Of a DNA stretch of 64,000 bases, positions 57,435 through 64,000 are shown one piece after another. The stretch spans positions 63-64,062 of the forward strand of contig DUMQ01000058.1 in NCBI GenBank assembly GCA_012839815.1. Reading direction: 5' to 3'. The position numbers and the translations under genes are program-made. The stretch is from Bacillota bacterium (GTDB taxonomy: Bacteria > Bacillota > SHA-98 > Ch115 > JABLXJ01). The notes under the pieces were generated by a model that searched no databases, was not told the origin of the DNA, and saw nothing but the letters and a program-made list of their open reading frames with translations. The first letter of the stretch is position 1. Each line of letters starts with the position of its first letter.

Positions 57435-58742
57435 TCACGCCCAATAGACCCTGTTCCTGCCTTCCTTCTTGCTTCGATACATGGCCATATCAGCTGCGTT
57501 TATCAAGTCGAATTTTGTCTTGGCATCATCAGGATAGGTGGCGACCCCGACGCTTACCGTGAGGATGCCGGAGGGCTGGGTCTCTTCGTTGGGGAATCGG
57601 TAAGAGGCTATGCGGCTCCTGATCTTTTCAGCCACCTCAACAGCATACTTCTTCTCCGTTTCTATCAAGATTACAACAAACTCCTCCCCCCCATACCTCG
57701 CGACTATGTCAGTTCCACGGACGCTCCTGGCAATAAGCCTGGCCACGGCGCGCAACACCGCATCACCGGCCTGGTGGCCGTGTGTATCATTATAAATCTT
57801 AAAATCGTCTATATCCACCATGATCAAGGATAAAACCCTCCGGTACCTCTGGGCCCTCTCAATCTCCTGGGTGAGGTGCTCCTGGAAATACCGGTAATTA
57901 TACAAACCCGTCACAGGATCGGTGACCGCCAGCTCCTGTGTGATCCTATGCAACCTCGAGAGCTCGACAAGCTCCCTGTCCAGGGCCTCGTTGACTTTAC
58001 GGAGCTCTTCCTCTCTCTGCTGGAGCGCCTCATTTTTTCTCTTCAACTCTTCGCAGAGCCTTGCGTTCTCGATGGCCATCGCCGCCTGAGTCGAGATAGC
58101 CGTCAGGATACGGAGATCATCCTCACTGTAACAGTAATTAGGGCTCTGGACGGACAGGACCCCGACGACGCGGTTGTCGACGACCAAGGGTATGCCTATT
58201 ATGGATCTCGGGGTATCGCTGTCCTGGTACCCGCCAAGCACGGCACCAGCCGGCATGCTGCTGGGATCTGCAAGTCTGTCCCGAACGAATACGGGCTTGC
58301 GCGTCTTTATTATCCCCGGAGTGAAACCCCTGCAATCAGAGATATTGATTACAAAAGATTCAACGGCCTTGTCATTATCCACGATATATTGAAACTTGAT
58401 CTCTCCTGATTGCTCATTATAAAGGGCCACGTAAAAGGTGGAAGCATCCATCATGCCACGTATGGCACTGTGAAGCTCCCTCAGCACAGCGTCCAGGTCG
58501 AGGCTTGAAGCAACGGCACAACATGCATTATGCAGGCTTCTAAGCTCCTCGTTCTTCCGTTTTACTTCCTCAATACTGCTGTGAGCGCTCCGGACAAGGC
58601 GTGCGCACCTATCCTCAGACTCGCGCAAGGCTACCGCCTGCCTTCTCAACCCGATCAAGAGAGCTCTGTTCCAAATCAGGGAGGCGACAAGACCGAAACA
58701 TGCACAGATTAGTGCGACAGTTTCAAAAGTCAAGAAACCCAC
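57435..58742 (-). CDS. Membrane-anchored GAF-GGDEF diguanylate cyclase
   Basis: It has an N-terminal TM, a coiled coil, a GAF domain and a GGDEF domain carrying an RYGGEEF active site and an RxxD I-site-like segment. Confidence 0.85.
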   Translation of the reverse strand: MGFLTFETVALICACFGLVASLIWNRALLIGLRRQAVALRESEDRCARLVRSAHSSIEEVKRKNEELRSLHNACCAVASSLDLDAVLRELHSAIRGMMDASTFYVALYNEQSGEIKFQYIVDNDKAVESFVINISDCRGFTPGIIKTRKPVFVRDRLADPSSMPAGAVLGGYQDSDTPRSIIGIPLVVDNRVVGVLSVQSPNYCYSEDDLRILTAISTQAAMAIENARLCEELKRKNEALQQREEELRKVNEALDRELVELSRLHRITQELAVTDPVTGLYNYRYFQEHLTQEIERAQRYRRVLSLIMVDIDDFKIYNDTHGHQAGDAVLRAVARLIARSVRGTDIVARYGGEEFVVILIETEKKYAVEVAEKIRSRIASYRFPNEETQPSGILTVSVGVATYPDDAKTKFDLINAADMAMYRSKKEGRNRVYWA

Positions 58743-58839
58743 CCCGCTAAAACGCTAATTTAGCAAGGTAATCCCGGCCACGTCCCGGTATCCTGGCTCA
58801 CAGCATCGATTATGGACTATTAATTCTGCATTCTCAGCG

Positions 58840-59667
58840 CTATTCCTTCATACGAAGGTATAAATTGTTAATAATGTCGTCCGGCACCCACACCCCGCCT
58901 ATACCGACCGGCTGGTGTGCGGTTGGTCCATGAAAATCACTGCCGCCCGTAACCACGAGGTCATAGGTTCTGGCTAGATCCAAGTAATGACTGGTTATCT
59001 CAGCCGTATACCCCGGGTAATACGCCTCTATGCCCATCAGGCCGTGCCTCACCAGATCGCCAACGAGACGATCACTGGCGGTCCTTGCAGGATGAGCGAT
59101 AACCGGGATCCCCCCGGCATTCAAAACCATGTCCACGGCGTCATAGGGGGTAAGACCATAGTGCTCTTCATAAGCAACCCCGTGCTTGCCCAAGTAATGT
59201 TCAAATGCATGATGCGGCATGGCAGGATTCACGTAACCGGCATTAATCATCGCACGAAAAATCTGCCCCCGCCCGACGAACCCATCCTTCCCAAGGCTCG
59301 CTACATCCTCAAAAGGTATATCAACGCCAACGCGCCTGAGCTTATCTAATATCCTCTTCGCACGGTCAATTCGGGCGCGCCTCAGTTCCGCCAGTTGATC
59401 CAAGAGCCTGGAATTCTTAATATCGACAAAGTAGCCTAATATGTGAACCTCTGAGTCCTCAACATCGGTTGAAAGCTCCAGAGCAGGGATAACCTTGAGA
59501 CCACATTGCTGGGAAGCGGCAGAAATTGCCTCCTCAACCCCTGCTACGGTATCGTGGTCTGCTATGGCTATAGCTGTCAGTCCTATACGGCACGCCTCTC
59601 TAACGACCTCCGAAGGGGAGAGCCGTCCATCCGAGGCAGTGGTATGTATATGCAAGTCAACAGCCAT
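58840..59667 (-). CDS. PHP-domain metal-dependent phosphoesterase
   Basis: MAVDLHIHTTASDG...AIADHD are PHP domain motifs. ATG 59667 follows GGGGAGG. Confidence 0.82.
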   Translation of the reverse strand: MAVDLHIHTTASDGRLSPSEVVREACRIGLTAIAIADHDTVAGVEEAISAASQQCGLKVIPALELSTDVEDSEVHILGYFVDIKNSRLLDQLAELRRARIDRAKRILDKLRRVGVDIPFEDVASLGKDGFVGRGQIFRAMINAGYVNPAMPHHAFEHYLGKHGVAYEEHYGLTPYDAVDMVLNAGGIPVIAHPARTASDRLVGDLVRHGLMGIEAYYPGYTAEITSHYLDLARTYDLVVTGGSDFHGPTAHQPVGIGGVWVPDDIINNLYLRMKE

Positions 59668-59749
59668 TTCACTTAACCTCCCCATTCCCCGCTTCAATTA
59701 AAGCTGAGCTAAGTGTAGATTCATTACTAAGGAATCAACCCCCTGGAAA

Positions 59750-59785
59750 TCAAAAAAATGGGTCACCCACGCCTGGTAACCCATT
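59750..59785 (-). terminator. Rho-independent terminator of hup
   Basis: The minus strand has an ATGGGTTACC/GGTGACCCAT stem (9 of 10 bp) followed by TTTTTTTGATTT. Confidence 0.65.
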
Positions 59786-59853
59786 CTATTATTCTTGATT
59801 ATAGCTTGAGATTTTATAGATAGAGACCAAAATGGCCCTGTAAGCCCCTATCC

Positions 59854-60132
59854 TTAAGCCTTTGATATGCTGTCCCTCAAAACCTTTCCCGCCTTAAAAA
59901 CAGGAACCATGGACGCAGGTATCTTGATCTCTTCGCCGGTCTGCGGATTTCGGCCGACGCGCTCTGCACGCTTCTTTACGGCAAATGTCCCGAACCCGAC
60001 CAGCTGGACCTTTTCCCCCTGGGCAAGGGCGTCCTGTATACTATCGAAGACCGCCCCTACCACCTGCTCAACGTCCTTCTTCTTTAGATCAACCTTCTCC
60101 GCCACATCGGCGATGAGCTCTGCTTTATTCAA
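59854..60132 (-). CDS. hup: DNA-binding protein HU
   Basis: [13 protein letters not shown]...[28 protein letters not shown] identifies HU. The TTG start follows AAAGGAGGG. Confidence 0.93.
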   Translation of the reverse strand: MNKAELIADVAEKVDLKKKDVEQVVGAVFDSIQDALAQGEKVQLVGFGTFAVKKRAERVGRNPQTGEEIKIPASMVPVFKAGKVLRDSISKA

Positions 60133-60301
60133 CCCTTTTCCCTCCTTTCCTCCTGCGAAACCTTCGTAAATAATACTTCCAGCGAAAACTCGCATAACGA
60201 CAGGGCTTCCGCTGTTTGCTTGTACTCTATTCTATGTACTGCAAAGTTTTCCTTCTTTGATATGAAAAAAATCTAGAAAAATGGCCATTTATTGCATTCA
60301 C

Positions 60302-61285
60302 CTAAACCTCACCAGGTGGAAACGTCCATTCTTTGACCTGGCCAGGCCTTCCTGAGATCTCGAGTTTCTTGCCGTTATAAATCAGGACTATACCGGCCGT
60401 ATTGCCTGCCTTGATCTTTAGACGCTCTCTGGCAGTCCATGTCCTGCTGTCGCCAGGGTCCATTATCCTTTCAAAGACTACCCTGCCATCAGCAACTACC
60501 CGGACCCAGCAACGCTGGGTTATAGTTACACTCAACTCATGTTTTACCTTCTCCGACTCATGTTTTACTTTCTCTGATGCTGCCTCCGTCGCTGGTTGAG
60601 GGGGCTGAGCCGGTGGAGTTTCTTGTTTTGGTTGACCATCCTGCCGGCGAGGCTCATCCGGGCGAAACTCGCTACCCAGATTGAGCTGGGGTTCTTGATC
60701 CTGATGCGGCCGGCTAGCCTGTCCAAGCTCCGCGGATTCAGCCGGCTGTGGCTTTGAGCTAACCACGGCCGTCGCCCGTGGTGACGTTTGCGGGAGATCC
60801 TGTTCCCTGGGAGGCTTTGATGCAACAATATAAATAATTATTCCAGCAATTACGACAATAATCGTGACCCCAACAGGCACCACGTTGCTGATGCGATGCG
60901 AACTTATACGGGAACGGGGTGACCTTGCGGCCCGTCCCGGTTCCTTCCCTGCAGAGGCTTTCGAGGCGCTCCCTTGCCCTGGCGCCCTCTCAGTCTCATT
61001 AGCAGCCTTATCCGACGGCAACATCCTGCCCCTTATGGCCCTGTATTGTTCAACGATCTTCCCACCATCCAGGCCAATATAATCGGCATAAGTGCGCAAA
61101 AAACCCCTGGCATAAACCTCGCCCGGGAGCAAATCAAAATCCCCGGCCTCCATAGCCACTAGGTGATGATGACGGATCTTCGTCGCCCCCTGTACCTCTT
61201 CCAGGCTCAGACCCCTGGCGACCCTCTGGGTTTTCAATATATCCCCTATATCCTTGAGGCTTTTGACATCACCGGTATTCTCCAT
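60302..61285 (-). CDS. rodZ: Cytoskeleton protein RodZ (HTH-XRE, TM, DUF4115)
   Basis: It has an N-terminal HTH (LKTQRVARGLSLEEVQGATKIRHHHL), a single TM, a Pro-rich linker and a C-terminal DUF4115-like domain. ATG 61285 follows GGGAGG. It contains an internal 21-bp tandem duplication (SEKVKHE twice). Confidence 0.8.
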   Translation of the reverse strand: MENTGDVKSLKDIGDILKTQRVARGLSLEEVQGATKIRHHHLVAMEAGDFDLLPGEVYARGFLRTYADYIGLDGGKIVEQYRAIRGRMLPSDKAANETERAPGQGSASKASAGKEPGRAARSPRSRISSHRISNVVPVGVTIIVVIAGIIIYIVASKPPREQDLPQTSPRATAVVSSKPQPAESAELGQASRPHQDQEPQLNLGSEFRPDEPRRQDGQPKQETPPAQPPQPATEAASEKVKHESEKVKHELSVTITQRCWVRVVADGRVVFERIMDPGDSRTWTARERLKIKAGNTAGIVLIYNGKKLEISGRPGQVKEWTFPPGEV

Positions 61286-61363
61286 TCCCGTCCGCCTCCC
61301 GAATATCAGTATGTTGCCTTCCACTCGCAGGTTGGCCCCTCTCGGCCGGCGCCACGCCTGTGC

Positions 61364-63814
61364 TTACTTGGTACTTAGGCGCGAACAGGTAAACCTGTCA
61401 GGCGATACCAGGACCTTTCGCGGCCTACTCCCCTCATATGGGCCGACGATGCCCCTGGCTTCCATGGCCTCGATCAGGCGCGCCGCCCGGTTGTAACCTA
61501 TCCTGAACCTCCGCTGTAGCTTGGATATGGAAGCCTCCTGGGTCTCGATCACCAGCCTTACCGCCTCGTCAAACAACGCATCCTCCTCGCCGAGGGTCTC
61601 GTCGCTCTCACTTTCGCGAGCTATGCTCTCCGCCTCATAGGTTGGCTCGCCCTGGCCCTTGACGAACTCCACAATGGATTCGATCTCGGAATCGGAGACG
61701 TACGCGCCCTGAACCCGTATAGGCTTTGGCGCCCCAACCGGGAAGAAAAGCATATCCCCCTTGCCGAGAAGTCTCTCAGCTCCGCCGGTATCGAGTATGA
61801 CCCTGGAATCGACTTGAGAAGGGACAGCAAAGGCTATCCTCGAGGGGATGTTCATCTTTATGACCCCCGTTATTACATCCGCCGATGGCCTCTGCGTCGC
61901 CAGGATAAGATGAATGCCAGCAGCCCTGGCCATGAAGGCGAGCTGGCAAACCACGTCCTCGACGTCTTTCTGCGCCACCATCATCAGGTCGCCGAGTTCA
62001 TCGATGATAACAACGATATACGGGAGCGGCCTGAGGTCCTCCCTACTCCCTTCATTTCCTCCACCTGTAGCCGCGGCTTTTGCCACGAATTCATTGTACT
62101 TCTCTATATTGCGCACGCCGACCTCGGCAAATCTCCTGTACCTCTTGTCCATTTCCTCGGCCACCCACCGGAGGTAGCCCGCCGCTTCCCTGGCATCCGT
62201 AACCACCGGGCTGAGGAGATGGGGGATCCCATCGTATGTAGTAAGCTCAACCCTCTTGGGATCTATCATCAAGAGCTTGACTTCGCTCGGTTTAGCCTTG
62301 AAGAGAATGCTCGCTATCAAAGTATTTAAACAGACGCTCTTTCCTGAGCCGGTCGCGCCGGCCACAAGCACGTGAAGGAGCCTTGTTAGATCGGCTACCA
62401 CGGGCCCACCGGCTATATCCTTGCCGATGGCGACGGTCAGGCGGCCATCCCGCTTCTGGAATTCATCGGCCTCCAGGACATCACGAAGGTAGACCAGGGA
62501 TATCTCGCTATTCGGGACCTCTATGCCAACTGCGGACTTGCCCGGGATTGGAGCCTCTATCCGGATCCCCGATGATGCCAGGGCAAGCGCGAGATCATCA
62601 GCAAGGTTGACGATCCTGCTCACCTTGACCCCGAAGCCTGGCTGGACTTCATACCTGGTCACGACAGGGCCCTTGCTGATCTGAATTACTTTGGCCGTGA
62701 CGCCAAAGCTCCGGAAGGTCTCCTCCAGGAGCCGTGCCCGCTCTATAACATTTCCTGGCGCATCCCCGGGGCCTTTGGCGGCCTTCTTGCGAGCAGGACT
62801 TTTGAGCAAGGAAAGGGGTGGGAGGGTATAGCTGCTCTCATTCCCGGCATCCAGGGGCGAAGGATTTTCTTCCGCTGTTGCGGCGGCCGCGCTTCCCGGC
62901 TCCGGTGTAGATCCTTTAGGCTCAAGCACGACAGGCAGGTGGTCTTCCGGGTGCCCCCAGGTTGCAAGTTCCCCCGCAAGGCGTATCGCCCCCCTGCTCT
63001 CATCTATGCGCCTCCCGGTACTGGCTCCGACGCTACTCGGACCTTCGCCTCGGGCGCTGGCGGAATTGGTTTTGTCCCCGCCGTCCTGGTCATGGTGGTC
63101 GCTTTGCTGGCTCTCAAAGGCGGGCAGGAGGATCGATCTTGCAACCCTGTGGGCACTTAGTATGACCCAGATTACAGCGCGCATCATGCCATAGCCCAAG
63201 GCAGCCAGACCCCTGATAACACCCCTGATGGCCCTTCCCAGTCTCATGTCGAGCGCCAGCATCGTGCCGGCCATGAGGCCGAAGCCGGCCATCACGAACG
63301 TCCCCAGGCGCCCAAAGACCGGAACCAGCAGGAGGTTTGTGACCGCTCCGATAACCCCGCCTCCTTTTTGCCCTGCGCTCGCATTTGTACTTGCGTCAAG
63401 GAGGTCAAGGATGCTGAGAATAGCAATCAGGATGACTAGCACGCCTGCAAGATGGGCGGCAGCATCCCCCCCCCTCCTGATGGTAATATCGACGGCCATC
63501 ACGGCCGCCACGACGGGAAGGAGCCAGGCTCCGGTTCCCGCAAGCCCGCTCAACGTCTTCGCTACTATGCTCCCCAGGAGGCCCACGAGCCCGGGTCGCT
63601 GCGAGGGGCCCACGGCGAGACTGGCCAGGAAGAAGAGAGCGAGGGCGATTAAGAGGACTCCCGCCACTTCCACGGTGAGACCGCTCCGGCTCCGCCCGGC
63701 GCCACCACGCGGCCTTTTGCCGTTCTTACCGTTCCTGGTACTCCTGTATGCCCCCCTGATTGCGGCCGTCGTCCTTTTACCAGCCGCCTGTCTCTGCCGA
63801 CCCCCGCTCGGCAT
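61364..63814 (-). CDS. ftsK: DNA translocase FtsK/SpoIIIE
   Basis: It has N-terminal TMs, a linker and a motor domain (GATGSGKSVCLN, Walker B). The C-terminal gamma wHTH is LQRRFRIGYNRAARLIEAME. ATG 63814 follows AGGGGTGA. Confidence 0.93.
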   Translation of the reverse strand: MPSGGRQRQAAGKRTTAAIRGAYRSTRNGKNGKRPRGGAGRSRSGLTVEVAGVLLIALALFFLASLAVGPSQRPGLVGLLGSIVAKTLSGLAGTGAWLLPVVAAVMAVDITIRRGGDAAAHLAGVLVILIAILSILDLLDASTNASAGQKGGGVIGAVTNLLLVPVFGRLGTFVMAGFGLMAGTMLALDMRLGRAIRGVIRGLAALGYGMMRAVIWVILSAHRVARSILLPAFESQQSDHHDQDGGDKTNSASARGEGPSSVGASTGRRIDESRGAIRLAGELATWGHPEDHLPVVLEPKGSTPEPGSAAAATAEENPSPLDAGNESSYTLPPLSLLKSPARKKAAKGPGDAPGNVIERARLLEETFRSFGVTAKVIQISKGPVVTRYEVQPGFGVKVSRIVNLADDLALALASSGIRIEAPIPGKSAVGIEVPNSEISLVYLRDVLEADEFQKRDGRLTVAIGKDIAGGPVVADLTRLLHVLVAGATGSGKSVCLNTLIASILFKAKPSEVKLLMIDPKRVELTTYDGIPHLLSPVVTDAREAAGYLRWVAEEMDKRYRRFAEVGVRNIEKYNEFVAKAAATGGGNEGSREDLRPLPYIVVIIDELGDLMMVAQKDVEDVVCQLAFMARAAGIHLILATQRPSADVITGVIKMNIPSRIAFAVPSQVDSRVILDTGGAERLLGKGDMLFFPVGAPKPIRVQGAYVSDSEIESIVEFVKGQGEPTYEAESIARESESDETLGEEDALFDEAVRLVIETQEASISKLQRRFRIGYNRAARLIEAMEARGIVGPYEGSRPRKVLVSPDRFTCSRLSTK

Positions 63815-64000
63815 TGAAATCACCCCTGATACATCCTTTGACCGCCACAGTACATCTCCTGAGGTATTCGATCAAACGTCCCCGTATTCCTTCTTCTCAT
63901 CCGCCAAGTGTATAAAATCTCCGCCAGGCGGACGCGGGTAAGTGTAAGTTCGAAGATTACTGACGTTTTCCAGGGGTTGCCGGTGCTTGCGTGACGGGGC

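Noticed and set aside
1-64000. Search for CRISPR arrays, tRNA/rRNA genes, transposases and integrases
   Set aside because: No repeat-spacer arrays were found; all repeats seen are two or three copies of 11-21 bp. There are no cloverleaf-like or rRNA-like stretches between CDSs, and no IS or phage-integrase-like ORFs. The window is chromosomal core.

Overview
This 64-kb window is GC-rich (~60%) and 60 of its 61 genes lie on the minus strand. The sequence looks like a chromosomal core region of a sporulating, Clostridia-like Firmicute: it carries SpoVS, a SCIFF peptide, PASTA-type PBPs and a PASTA kinase. Reading 5' to 3' along the minus strand it contains: the FtsK DNA translocase; RodZ; HU; PHP phosphoesterase; a GAF-GGDEF cyclase; a HAD hydrolase; a 35-aa Lys-rich peptide followed by a PspC-domain protein; a lipid kinase; RimO; glutamate dehydrogenase; an exbB-exbD-tonB trio followed by a large secreted protein (two Ig-like domains plus a cohesin-like domain) and an Ompα-like SLH/coiled-coil/C-terminal-TM tether; a histidine phosphatase on the plus strand; RlmN; the complete fhaA-fhaB-pstP-rodA-pbpA-pknB module followed by rsgA and rpe; a short FtsH paralog; cinA; a membrane phosphoesterase; thpR; recA; recX; rny; an unknown acidic protein; ymdB; spoVS; a GNAT gene; a complete dcw cluster ending in DUF881, sbp and ftsZ; a putative outer-membrane β-barrel; a cell-wall amidase; a GH13/CBM48 amylase; an orphan SCIFF six-cysteine RiPP precursor with no radical-SAM maturase in the window; and a TPR protein. 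The dcw cluster runs mraZ-rsmH-ftsL-pbp-murE-murF-mraY-ftsW-murG-murC-murB-murA-ftsQ, with no murD and no ftsA. No rRNA, tRNA, CRISPR array or mobile element was recognised. The two observations that look most worth follow-up are the SCIFF precursor separated from its obligate maturase, and a set of outer-membrane hallmarks (ExbB/ExbD/TonB, the Ompα-like tether, a β-barrel ending in Phe) in an otherwise Clostridia-like genome, which suggests a diderm sporulating Firmicute.
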